Shown: positions 1-9,381 of the stretch, one piece after another
Position numbering within the stretch: the first letter of the stretch is position 1
Layout of the letters: every line of letters begins with the position of its first letter
From: Patescibacteria group bacterium
Lineage (GTDB): Bacteria > Patescibacteriota > Patescibacteriia > UM-FILTER-42-10
Assembly: GCA_018825385.1 (NCBI GenBank)
Contig: JAHJEX010000074.1
Span: 997 to 64,996 of the forward strand
Direction of reading: 5' to 3'
Length of the DNA stretch: 64,000 bases
The notes under the pieces: generated by a model
What the model was told of the DNA's origin: nothing
The model's database searches: none
The model's input: the letters and a program-made list of their open reading frames with translations, nothing else
Program-made: the position numbers and the translations under genes

Positions 1-1022
1 TATGACATATGACCCCAGTAATTATGTGAAAAGAGAGTAAACATACCCTTTAAATACTGAAAACTAGGAATAGCAATATTTTGTGCTACATAGTAAATAA
101 TTTCACCTGATTTTGTCGAAGGATGAGTGATGATTCTTAGTTTTTCAATCAATGGTTCTTCATTTTCGAAATCACTAAGATTTGTGACGTTCAATTGTTC
201 GTCATAATACCATTTCACGTCTGAATCAGTTATGGGTACAGTTGCTGAAAATCCGTATACAATAGTTCCAGCAATGAATGATGAGAACAGCATTAATAAC
301 AAAATCTTCAAAACATGTGCAAAAGTGAGCTGAGGAATTTTTTTGTGAAGCAGTTTAAGTACTACAAATATTAAGAAGAACGCGTACAAAATAACCGCCG
401 AAAATTTAACAAATTGTGCGATCGCAAATACGACAATAAACTGCAATAGATTCTTCCGCGAAAATGTATGAAAATATTTATCAAGACAATATATCGCCAA
501 AAAGAAAAATAAGGTCGCAGCTAAATCAGTTGTAATATATCGAGAATGCGCTAAGATGTTAGGCTCAAACACATAAAGTACTAATGCAACTAAACCTGTT
601 CCTTGTCCCCAGAGCCTTGCTGCCCACTTGTAGATGAACATTCCAAGGAGTAGACTTAGCAGCATTATGGGCAATCTGCCTAGCAGTAGAATTAAATCCG
701 CATCTACTGTATTATTATAGAGGAACTGGCGGCCAAATTCCCATTGGTTTTGTCCAGTCCAGGAGATGTGATCAAGTGGAGCTTCTATTGGTAAAAAAAG
801 AAGTGGCAGAGCACTAACCTCCTTAATCAATGGTGGGTGTTCAGGATTCAGTCTGAAATCCCCTGTGGTGATGTATGTGTATCCACTAGAGAGATGCGAA
901 CCCTCATCAATTGTTTGGCTTTCTTGTAATGCCGAGGTGAATTCCATAAAAAACATTACTGCTAGCAGTAATACTACAAGAGGAATATAAAATTTATTTG
1001 ATTTTAATAAAGATGTTTTCAT
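1..1022 (-). CDS. Glycosyltransferase family 39 (ArnT/PMT-like) membrane protein, 3' end runs off the window
   Basis: Not in the ORF track. Manual translation from the CAT at 1020-1022 gives MKTSLLKSNKFYIPLVVLLLAVMFFMEFTSALQESQTIDEGSHLSSGYTYITTGDFRLNPEHPPLIK..., with the DE and HPPL motifs of GT-C enzymes followed by transmembrane segments. Confidence 0.8.
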   Translation of the reverse strand, partial: MKTSLLKSNKFYIPLVVLLLAVMFFMEFTSALQESQTIDEGSHLSSGYTYITTGDFRLNPEHPPLIKEVSALPLLFLPIEAPLDHISWTGQNQWEFGRQFLYNNTVDADLILLLGRLPIMLLSLLLGMFIYKWAARLWGQGTGLVALVLYVFEPNILAHSRYITTDLAATLFFFLAIYCLDKYFHTFSRKNLLQFIVVFAIAQFVKFSAVILYAFFLIFVVLKLLHKKIPQLTFAHVLKILLLMLFSSFIAGTIVYGFSATVPITDSDVKWYYDEQLNVTNLSDFENEEPLIEKLRIITHPSTKSGEIIYYVAQNIAIPSFQYLKGMFTLFSHNYWGHMS

Positions 1023-1069
1023 TAAATAAGAAGTCTGATTCACAGCTAGTAAATGGTGAAGAAAAAATT

Positions 1070-1444
1070 GTGGACCAGAAGCGAATAAAATTTAAACAAG
1101 CACTCCGTGCTCCTCTGAGCAGCAGAATCATCGGCGTAGGAGTCCTAATATCACTATTGCTTAATCTCGGTATGTGGGTAATTCTTTACATCTTTATTAA
1201 ACCGTCACCCGAGCCGATCTATCTTCATTATAACATTTACTTTGGTATCGATCTAATTGGTGAATGGTATAAAATATATTTAATCCCACTGACAGGCCTT
1301 ATAGTAATTTTGGTGAACTATTTAGCCGGTGTTATAATGTATTCATCAAAAAGAGTGTTAAGTTATTTAGTGGTAATTTTTGCAATACCTGTTAATTTGT
1401 TTCTGGCACTTTCTGCAATCCTATTGGCATTTATTAATAGATAA
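1070..1444 (+). CDS. Small membrane protein (about 3 TM) of unknown function, directly upstream of mraY
   Basis: ORF 998..1444. GTG at 1070 chosen to avoid overlapping the divergent GT39 gene. Hydrophobic helices around a LHYNIYFGID loop. Confidence 0.65.
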   Translation: MDQKRIKFKQALRAPLSSRIIGVGVLISLLLNLGMWVILYIFIKPSPEPIYLHYNIYFGIDLIGEWYKIYLIPLTGLIVILVNYLAGVIMYSSKRVLSYLVVIFAIPVNLFLALSAILLAFINR

Positions 1445-1450
1445 GATAAT

Positions 1451-2506
1451 ATGGACCTTTCCGCAAATTTTGACATAATCAAGGCACTATTTTTAGGAAC
1501 AGTATCGTTTATAGTTACAATTGCACTAACGCCAATTCTAACGCATTTTTTGTATAAATATAAGCTTGGTAAGCAGATTAGAAGTAGCGACAATGCCCCG
1601 ATATATTCTAAATTGCACGCAAAGAAATCAGGTACTCCTACAATGGGGGGGATCTTAATATGGTTTACTATGCTGGTATTGGCGCTTTTTTTCTTCTACC
1701 TGGCAAAAATAACAGATATCTCGTTTATTGAAAAACTAAATTTTCTTACTCGTGCAGAAACTCTATTGCCACTAGGTGCGCTTGTGGCATCAGCAATTAT
1801 TGGATTATGGGACGATATTTTTAATATTCGAAAGGTTGGTCCACGTGGAGGTGGTCTTACAGTTAAGCATAGACTGCTGTTTTATACTATCATCGCAATT
1901 TTTGGAGCATACTGGTTCTATGCAAAGTTAGATTGGGATGTAATTCATATTCCATTTATGGGAAACTTTGAGATTGGTCTATGGTATGTACCCATAGCAA
2001 TTTTTGTTATTGTAGCAACATCATTTTCCGTCAATGAAACTGATGGTCTGGATGGCTTGGCTGGCGGAGTACTTCTTTCTGCATTCGCGTCGTTTGCTGT
2101 AATTGCATTTATGCAGGGCCGATTCAATCTTGCTTCCTTCTGCGTGGTCATTGTTGGAAGCTTACTGGCATTTTTATGGTTCAATATTCCACCGGCCCGA
2201 TTTATCATGGGAGACACCGGGTCGATGGCACTTGGAACTACTTTGGGAATTGTGGCAATGCTGACAAATTCTGTTTTAGTTCTCCCAATTATTGGTTTTG
2301 TCTTGGTAATAGAATCAATGTCAGTGATCATTCAGTTGACATCAAAGAAGCTTCGAAAAGGAAAAAAAGTTTTCTTGTCCGCACCTATTCATCATCATTT
2401 TGAGGCAAAAGGTTGGCCAGAATCAAAAATTGTTATGAGAATTTGGATTATTTCAGGAGTAACATCTGTACTTGGCTTAATCCTGGTACTTATCGATCAC
2501 ACATAA
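1451..2506 (+). CDS. mraY: Phospho-N-acetylmuramoyl-pentapeptide transferase
   Basis: KSGTPTMGG, DD, NETDGLDGLA, MGDTGS and APIHHHFE motifs. Confidence 0.97.
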   Translation: MDLSANFDIIKALFLGTVSFIVTIALTPILTHFLYKYKLGKQIRSSDNAPIYSKLHAKKSGTPTMGGILIWFTMLVLALFFFYLAKITDISFIEKLNFLTRAETLLPLGALVASAIIGLWDDIFNIRKVGPRGGGLTVKHRLLFYTIIAIFGAYWFYAKLDWDVIHIPFMGNFEIGLWYVPIAIFVIVATSFSVNETDGLDGLAGGVLLSAFASFAVIAFMQGRFNLASFCVVIVGSLLAFLWFNIPPARFIMGDTGSMALGTTLGIVAMLTNSVLVLPIIGFVLVIESMSVIIQLTSKKLRKGKKVFLSAPIHHHFEAKGWPESKIVMRIWIISGVTSVLGLILVLIDHT

Positions 2507-2509
2507 CAC

Positions 2510-3265
2510 ATGTCAACAGTCATTACTTCACAGAAACTAGCTAAGTTCCCCGGAATTAAGGCAGTTGTTTCAACAAGAAGTTTCGGTAATCAATCTTTTC
2601 AGCATTCATCGATTTCAGAAAAAGAAACGATTCTTAACAGGAGACGTTTTTTTGACAAACAAGGTATTAATGCTGATTTCGTTGTAAATACAGGGCTAAG
2701 TCACGAAGACAAAGTTTATTGCGCTAGGATAAGTGACCGAGGACGGGGTGCAATGGCCAAAAAAACAATCATCCCGAACTATGATGGACTGGTGACTAAT
2801 AATAGAAATGTATTCCTAATGGTTACGGTGGCAGACTGTTTCCCAATATTCTATTATGATCCGAAAGCAAACTGTATTGGCATAGCACATGCTGGTTGGA
2901 GGGGAGTGTTAAATGGGATTTCAATAAATGTAATTGATGAAATGAAGAAAGTTGCAGGCAGTAAGCCTGAGGACATAATAGTATTTATTGGCCCTGGGAT
3001 ACAGGCATGTCATTTTGAGGTTAGCATAGATCTCGCAAGTCAATTTGAAAATGCATTTGGTTCTGAAGTAATCGTTTCAAGGGGAGGAAATAGATATGCA
3101 AATCTGAGTATGGCTATCAAGTCTCAACTGGAATCATCTGGAATTAATTCTTGTAACATCGAAATATCGTCGGAATGCACTTACTGTGCCGACGGGATAT
3201 TATCATCATATAGAAGAGATAAAGGTGGGTATATTGCCCAGGCGGCAGTTATTGGAATGATTTAA
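2510..3265 (+). CDS. pgeF: Peptidoglycan editing factor PgeF / YfiH-family purine nucleoside phosphorylase
   Basis: DGLVT, VADCFP, AHAGWRG, IGPGI and SYRRD motifs; located in the dcw cluster. Confidence 0.9.
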   Translation: MSTVITSQKLAKFPGIKAVVSTRSFGNQSFQHSSISEKETILNRRRFFDKQGINADFVVNTGLSHEDKVYCARISDRGRGAMAKKTIIPNYDGLVTNNRNVFLMVTVADCFPIFYYDPKANCIGIAHAGWRGVLNGISINVIDEMKKVAGSKPEDIIVFIGPGIQACHFEVSIDLASQFENAFGSEVIVSRGGNRYANLSMAIKSQLESSGINSCNIEISSECTYCADGILSSYRRDKGGYIAQAAVIGMI

Positions 3266-3290
3266 TGCGAAATGATATACTTCTATAGAA

Positions 3291-4670
3291 ATGAAACCAT
3301 CTGATTTTAGAGGAAAAAAAATTACAATAATGGGTCTCGGTACACTTGGGGGCGGTATTGGTGTTGTTCAATATCTAGTAAAACTTGGTGCGAAATTAAC
3401 AGTGACGGATCTGCGGATACAAAAACAGCTGGCCCCAGCACTTAAAAAAATCAAATCAAAAGGAATTATCTATGTTTTGGGAAAACACAGGGAACAGGAT
3501 TTCAAGAATGCTGACCTGATTGTTAAGAATCCAGCAGTCCCCAAAGCATCAAAATATCTTGAAATTGCAAGACAAAATAATGTACCAATAGAAAGTGATG
3601 CAACACTTTTTTTTCAGTTATGCAGGATACCGATTATAGGAGTAACAGGTACGAAAGGAAAAACAACAACTGTAGCTTTGTTAGAAAAAATTATAAAGCG
3701 ATCTGGCAGACATGTTGTTTTAGTCGGTCACAATCAAATATCTGTACTTGACCGTCTTAATCAAATAAAAAAGGATACGATTGTTTTATTTGAATTATCC
3801 AGCTGGCGATTGGAAATACTAAGAGAGCACAAACTTAGTCCTCATGGTGCCATAGTTACAAATATAGCCAAAGATCATCTCAATACTTACAGTGGGATGA
3901 GTGAATATGTAAAAGCAAAGAGTAATATTTTTGCGTTTCAGAACAAAAATGATTTCGTTGTACTAAACAAGCAAAATCCATATACACAACAATTTGGAAA
4001 GTCCGTAATTTCAAGAAGATTTTGGTTTTCAAAAGTTCCCTTCACTGAACAGAATGGAGTTTTTGTTAAAAATTCAAAGATTGTATTTAGGAATATGGGG
4101 AAGGATAACATTGTTTTATCAACAGACACGTTGAAGATAAGAGGGGAACATAATTTGGAAAATGTTTTGGCCGCTGTTTTGACTGCAAAAATTTTGCAAG
4201 TGCCCAATATTTACATTAAGTCGGCAATTGCTGAATTTTCAGGATTAACAGACAGGCTGGAATTTGTAAAGAAGTATAATGGTAAATCATTTTTTAACGA
4301 CACTGCTGCAACCATGCCGGATGCGACAATTGCTGCGCTTAAATCATTTCCTAAAAAGGTTGTTCTCATTGCCGGAGGCGTTGATAAAGAACTATCATAT
4401 TTTCAATTAGCAAATGCAATTAAAAAACACGCTCGTGTTCTTGTTTTGTTGCCAGGCAGTGCGACTGAGAAGCTTAAACTGTACTTGGACAAAAATAAAA
4501 CTAGCTACACTGAATCAAAGACTCTCCAACAAGCGGTTGAGACTGCGTATAACTTGGCAAATGAAACAGATTCGATTCTTTTTTCACCAGGTGCAGCTAG
4601 TTTCAATCTTTTTGAAAACGAATTTGATCGTGGTGAGAAGTTTAGGAAAATTGTTAAAAAACTGACATGA
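3291..4670 (+). CDS. murD: UDP-N-acetylmuramoyl-L-alanine--D-glutamate ligase
   Basis: GLGTLGGG, GVTGTKGKTTT, ELSS, DHLN, LIAGGxDK and FSPGAASF...RG motifs. Confidence 0.93.
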   Translation: MKPSDFRGKKITIMGLGTLGGGIGVVQYLVKLGAKLTVTDLRIQKQLAPALKKIKSKGIIYVLGKHREQDFKNADLIVKNPAVPKASKYLEIARQNNVPIESDATLFFQLCRIPIIGVTGTKGKTTTVALLEKIIKRSGRHVVLVGHNQISVLDRLNQIKKDTIVLFELSSWRLEILREHKLSPHGAIVTNIAKDHLNTYSGMSEYVKAKSNIFAFQNKNDFVVLNKQNPYTQQFGKSVISRRFWFSKVPFTEQNGVFVKNSKIVFRNMGKDNIVLSTDTLKIRGEHNLENVLAAVLTAKILQVPNIYIKSAIAEFSGLTDRLEFVKKYNGKSFFNDTAATMPDATIAALKSFPKKVVLIAGGVDKELSYFQLANAIKKHARVLVLLPGSATEKLKLYLDKNKTSYTESKTLQQAVETAYNLANETDSILFSPGAASFNLFENEFDRGEKFRKIVKKLT

Positions 4671-5806
4671 CATCATCAAGACAACATCCACCAGATTATA
4701 CGTTAATTGCTGTTGTTTTTGTTATTCTGATATTCGGTCTGATTATGCTTTCGTCTGCGAGTTCAGTTGTTGCTTACCAAAAATTCAACGATAGTAATTA
4801 CTTGCTGAAGCATCAACTGTTCTACGGTGTTTCATTGGGTCTCCTTGCTATGTTTATAACATCTCGAATCGCCTATCAAACATGGAAAAAGCTTGCGATA
4901 CCGATGCTAGCAATAACAATATTGGCTCTTTTTATTGTTTTAGTATCTGACGCTGGTCTTACAAGCGGTGGTGCAAGACGTTGGATTGATTTTGGATTCT
5001 TCACGTTTCAGCCGTCAGAATTAACCAAGCTCACTTTTGTCATCTATTTGGCTACGTGGCTTTCAAAAAAAGGGAAAGTTATAAGCAATTTTGCTTATGG
5101 ATTTGTTCCATTTCTTGTGCTTCTGGGCGTAATTACTTTTCTTGTCATGATGCAGCCTGATCTTGGTACGATGACTGTTATAGCGCTTGTGTCTATTGCA
5201 ATTTATTTTATTGCCGGGGGAGGTATTAAACATATTCTATTGATCATTGCCGGAGGAATATCTCTTTTTGCCTTGCTCATAAAAATTGCTCCATACCGTG
5301 CTGCTCGGTTTTCCGTTTTTCTTAATCCTGAACTTGATCCTCAGGGAATTGGGTATCATGTTAACCAAGCTTTACTCGCAATTGGATCGGGAGGAATTTT
5401 GGGACTAGGGTTGGGCCGGTCAAGGCAAAAATACAATTTTCTACCTGAAGTAACAGGTGACTCGATTTTTGCAGTTATCGCAGAGGAACTGGGTTTCATT
5501 ATTTCTTTTGGACTTATAATTTTATTTTTCTTATTAATGATCCGCGGCTTCAAGATTGCTAGAAGCGCACCTGACACATTTGGAAAACTGGTTGCAGCAG
5601 GTATAACTTGTTGGTTTACAATTCAAGCTGTTGTTAATATTGGTTCAATGGTTTCCTTATTACCTCTAACAGGGATACCATTACCATTAGTTAGCTACGG
5701 AAGTTCAGCAATAATAATATCCCTGGCAGCATTGGGTATACTTATTAATATTTCTAGATATACACTGACAACGGAGCCTTCAGCAACGAGAACGCGAAGA
5801 AAATAA
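4667..5806 (+). CDS. ftsW: SEDS peptidoglycan polymerase FtsW
   Basis: GARRWI, FQPSELTK, QPDLGT, LPEVTGDSIFAVIAEELG and GIPLPLVSYG motifs; lies between murD and murG. Confidence 0.93.
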   Translation: MTSSRQHPPDYTLIAVVFVILIFGLIMLSSASSVVAYQKFNDSNYLLKHQLFYGVSLGLLAMFITSRIAYQTWKKLAIPMLAITILALFIVLVSDAGLTSGGARRWIDFGFFTFQPSELTKLTFVIYLATWLSKKGKVISNFAYGFVPFLVLLGVITFLVMMQPDLGTMTVIALVSIAIYFIAGGGIKHILLIIAGGISLFALLIKIAPYRAARFSVFLNPELDPQGIGYHVNQALLAIGSGGILGLGLGRSRQKYNFLPEVTGDSIFAVIAEELGFIISFGLIILFFLLMIRGFKIARSAPDTFGKLVAAGITCWFTIQAVVNIGSMVSLLPLTGIPLPLVSYGSSAIIISLAALGILINISRYTLTTEPSATRTRRK

Positions 5807-5819
5807 ACTACTATATTTC

Positions 5820-5848
5820 TTTACCTAACGACTGATTTGGGGTATAGT
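5820..5848 (+). promoter_or_regulatory. Putative sigma-70 promoter; leaderless murG transcript
   Basis: TTTACC-17 nt-TATAGT, with the ATG 6 nt after the -10 box. Confidence 0.45.
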
Positions 5849-5854
5849 TGAAAC

Positions 5855-7009
5855 ATGAGAATAGTTTTGACTGGCGGCGGAACCGGTGGATCGGTTGCGC
5901 CGTTATTAGCCATATATCAGGAGATAAAGAGCGTTGAAATAGCTGATTTTTTATTTGTTGGAGGAAAGGGTTCGCTTGAAAGGGAGTTAACTGAAGAAAA
6001 TGATATACCATTTCAGTCAATCACATCGGGAAAGCTGCGAAGGTATTTTGATCCCAGGAATTTTCTAACACCCCTCAACGTTATTGTCGGTTTTTTTCAG
6101 TCGCTAGCGATTTTAGGAAAATGGAAGCCTGATATTGTGATCTCTGCCGGAAGCTTTGTTGCAGTACCCGTTGTATGGGCCGCATGGCTGCTAAGAAAGC
6201 CTATCGTAGTTCATCAGCAAGATCTTTTAAAAGGATTGGCAAATAAACTTATGGCCCCGCTTGCTACGAAAATCACAGTTACTTTCTCTGAGTCGTTAAA
6301 AGATTTCCCTCACAAAAAAGCTGTGGTTACGGGAAACCCAGTACGGAAAGCTATTCTGAGTGGGGATCGGGAGTCTGCGAAACAATTGTTTTCACTTAAT
6401 GATTTGCCAGTTGTTTTAATCCTCGGTGGTGGTACAGGAGCTTTATCTTTGAATAAAGTTGTAACAGAATCACTATCAAAGCTTTTGGAGTTTTGTCAGA
6501 TAATACATATTGCAGGAAAGGGCAAAAACATTTTTCAGGATGCGAATCTGGAAGATACACACCGTCCTGACTCAGTCGAGGCAATGCTTGATGATAAAGT
6601 TACCATCAATTACAAAAAAGGCAATTTTGAGAAATATCATGCCCATGAGTTTCTGAATACTGATGAATTAAAACACGCATTTAGTGTTGCGGATATTGTT
6701 GTTACTCGGGCAGGACTTTCGACACTTTCTGAGTTGGCAATTCTTGCAAAGCCGATCATCATAGTTCCCTTGCCTGATACGCATCAAGAAAAGAATGCGA
6801 AATATTTCGCGTCAAAAAATGCAGCATTAATTCTAAATCAAAAGATTTTCAACACAGAGCTATTCACAAACTTTGTTTACGAATTATTACAAAGCAAATC
6901 TCATAAACACGAGCTTTCTAAAAACATATCAAACATAATGAGTCATGATGCCGGCACAAAGGTCGTTAGCGAGATAAAAAGCATTTTACATAAAGATGAA
7001 TCTAGCTAA
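5855..7009 (+). CDS. murG: Lipid I N-acetylglucosaminyltransferase MurG
   Basis: TGGGTGG, GKLRRY, TGNPVR, LGGGTGA, TRAG and HQEKNA motifs. Confidence 0.95.
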   Translation: MRIVLTGGGTGGSVAPLLAIYQEIKSVEIADFLFVGGKGSLERELTEENDIPFQSITSGKLRRYFDPRNFLTPLNVIVGFFQSLAILGKWKPDIVISAGSFVAVPVVWAAWLLRKPIVVHQQDLLKGLANKLMAPLATKITVTFSESLKDFPHKKAVVTGNPVRKAILSGDRESAKQLFSLNDLPVVLILGGGTGALSLNKVVTESLSKLLEFCQIIHIAGKGKNIFQDANLEDTHRPDSVEAMLDDKVTINYKKGNFEKYHAHEFLNTDELKHAFSVADIVVTRAGLSTLSELAILAKPIIIVPLPDTHQEKNAKYFASKNAALILNQKIFNTELFTNFVYELLQSKSHKHELSKNISNIMSHDAGTKVVSEIKSILHKDESS

Positions 7010-8402
7010 TATAAAAAATATTCATTTCATTGGGATTGGCGGTGTCGCTATGAGTGCTGTTGCTGTAGTTGCTAAACAGCGAGGATTTATTGTCTCTGGC
7101 AGTGATGGTGATAAAATTTATCCTCCGGCATCTTTAATTCTTGAACAAAACAAAATTGATTACATAGCCGGATACAATGAAGCAAATATAGGAAAACCAG
7201 ATCTGGTTGTTATAAGTGCCGGTGAATCGCCAGAAACAAATCCGGAAGTTGCAGCGATTATTAAAAGAAAAATTCCCTATACATCTTTCCCTGAATTGAT
7301 CTACAGCCTTTTTAATAGTCATCAAAGGATTGTCGTATCTGGAACCCACGGCAAAACTACCACAAGCTCGCTAATTGCTTATGGTCTTAACGCGGCATTA
7401 AAACCTGCCAATTTTATAATTGGTGGTTATGTTCAAGATTTTAAGACCAATTTTTCTCTTAATGATTCGAATACAATTGTCCTAGAAGGTGATGAATATT
7501 ATTCACTTTTTTCTGATAAGAAGCCCAAGTTTCTTCACTACCATCCGCAAATACTTGTTATTACAAACATAGACATGGATCATTTTGACTATTATCGAAG
7601 TATAAATGATGTAATGGAAAAATTCAGAAAATTAGTGAAGACAATACCTCCTAACGGCGTGATAATTGCATGTCATGATGATTCAAATGTAAAAAAGCTA
7701 TTAAAAAAAGTTGACCAACAAATTATTTGGTATGGCTTGAAGGGTATTAATGTTGATTGGAAGGGAGAAAGAATTAAGCATAATGACAGAGGTATGAATT
7801 TCGTTGCAAAAAAGCTCAAAACGACTGATAAATATAACATTGCGCTGTCACTGTCAGGTGATCACAGCGTGTTAAACGTATTAGCAAGCATCACCTTACT
7901 TGACTATCTGGGCTGTGATTTGAAAAGGGTAGCAAAAAAACTTGGTGAGTTTAAAGGGCCAACCAGGCGTTTTGAAATAAAAGGAGTTGCAAAAGGAGTA
8001 ACAATTATTGATGATTACGCTCATCATCCAACAGCGGTGAAAGCAACATTACAGGCCGCGCGCTCAAGATATCCTAAAAGCAAAATATGGGCTGTTTTCG
8101 AGCCACATACTTATAGTCGGACGCAGGCAACAAAATCGGAGTTAGCAGAAGCGTTTGAAACTGCTGATGAGGTAATTATTCCTGATATTTATCCGGCGCG
8201 GGAAAATACAGGTGATTTCAAAATCTCTAGCAAAGACATAGTTGACGAAATCGCAAAAAAGCACCAAAATGCATCTTATATTCCTGAAAAGAAACAAGTA
8301 TTAGAGTACCTCAGTGCAAATGTAAAAGAAGGAGATATTGTTGTGATTATGGCAGTGGGTGATTTCAATAAAATTGCAACAGAGTTAATCGAAAAGCTAT
8401 AA
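6996..8402 (+). CDS. murC: UDP-N-acetylmuramate--amino acid/peptide ligase (MurC position, with Mpl-like motifs)
   Basis: GIGGVAMS, GTHGKTTT, RRFE, DDYAHHPT and FEPHTYSRT motifs; lies between murG and murB. See the finding on Mpl-like signatures. Confidence 0.8.
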   Translation: MNLANIKNIHFIGIGGVAMSAVAVVAKQRGFIVSGSDGDKIYPPASLILEQNKIDYIAGYNEANIGKPDLVVISAGESPETNPEVAAIIKRKIPYTSFPELIYSLFNSHQRIVVSGTHGKTTTSSLIAYGLNAALKPANFIIGGYVQDFKTNFSLNDSNTIVLEGDEYYSLFSDKKPKFLHYHPQILVITNIDMDHFDYYRSINDVMEKFRKLVKTIPPNGVIIACHDDSNVKKLLKKVDQQIIWYGLKGINVDWKGERIKHNDRGMNFVAKKLKTTDKYNIALSLSGDHSVLNVLASITLLDYLGCDLKRVAKKLGEFKGPTRRFEIKGVAKGVTIIDDYAHHPTAVKATLQAARSRYPKSKIWAVFEPHTYSRTQATKSELAEAFETADEVIIPDIYPARENTGDFKISSKDIVDEIAKKHQNASYIPEKKQVLEYLSANVKEGDIVVIMAVGDFNKIATELIEKL

Positions 8403-9368
8403 ATGTCCAAAATTAAAGAGTTGAATGAGAAACTAGTTAATCGAGTGAACGAAGACTTTGCCCTGGCTCCGCTCACTGGATACAGAATTGGCGGTCCGGC
8501 AAAGTACTATTTCATTGCGGAAAATACTGATGATGTAAAAAACGCTGTTGGTGCTGCACATGGACTTTCTTTGCCTGTGTTTATTCTGGCAAGGGGCAGT
8601 AATGTTTTAATTTCTGATAAAGGTTTTGACGGTTTAGTTATTCACAATAAGTCAAAAAATATTTCTGTTCGTAATACTGAAATTGAGGCAGATGCAGGAG
8701 TTAATTTAAGTAGCCTTGCTAATTCAGCAAAGGATTTGGGACTATCTGGAATTGAGTTTGTAGCAGGCATACCAGGAAGTGTTGGTGGCGCAATACGTGG
8801 AAACGCTGGGGCCTGGGGAAGTGAAATAAAGAATGTTTTGACAAAAGCTATGGCAGTCACGGAAAACGGTGAAATTATTGAAAGAACCAATAAACAATGC
8901 GATTTTAGGTATCGAGAAAGCATCTTCAAGGTGAATAAAGAGATAATTCTCTCAGCTAGCTTTAGACTAAGCGAATCCACAAAAGAAGATGTTCAAATCA
9001 AGATAAATGAGATAGTAAAAAAGAAGAAAGGTGAACAGGAATTTGAATCGCCAAGCGCCGGATGCGTTTTTAAGAACACTAAAGTAGATTTTAGTAAAGA
9101 AGAGATGGCTAAAAAGGGAATTGATTCATCAGCTGTGAATAATGGTTTAGTTTCTTCCGGCTACCTGATTGATCGGCTGGGGCTAAAAGGATTTACAGTT
9201 GGTGGTGCAATGGTTTCAAAAGTGCATGGCAATTTTATTATAAATTTGGGAAATGCCACAGCAGAGCAAATCGTTATGCTGATCGGGATTATTAAACAGA
9301 AAGTACGAGATAAGTATGGCATTCAATTACAGGAGGAAATACAGTTGGTTGGCTTTGATAATTATTAA
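8403..9368 (+). CDS. murB: UDP-N-acetylenolpyruvoylglucosamine reductase
   Basis: IGGPA, GSNVL, GIPGSVGGAIRGNAGA, FRYRES, SAGCVFKN and HGNFIIN motifs. Confidence 0.96.
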   Translation: MSKIKELNEKLVNRVNEDFALAPLTGYRIGGPAKYYFIAENTDDVKNAVGAAHGLSLPVFILARGSNVLISDKGFDGLVIHNKSKNISVRNTEIEADAGVNLSSLANSAKDLGLSGIEFVAGIPGSVGGAIRGNAGAWGSEIKNVLTKAMAVTENGEIIERTNKQCDFRYRESIFKVNKEIILSASFRLSESTKEDVQIKINEIVKKKKGEQEFESPSAGCVFKNTKVDFSKEEMAKKGIDSSAVNNGLVSSGYLIDRLGLKGFTVGGAMVSKVHGNFIINLGNATAEQIVMLIGIIKQKVRDKYGIQLQEEIQLVGFDNY

Positions 9369-9381
9369 ATGATAACTTGAA

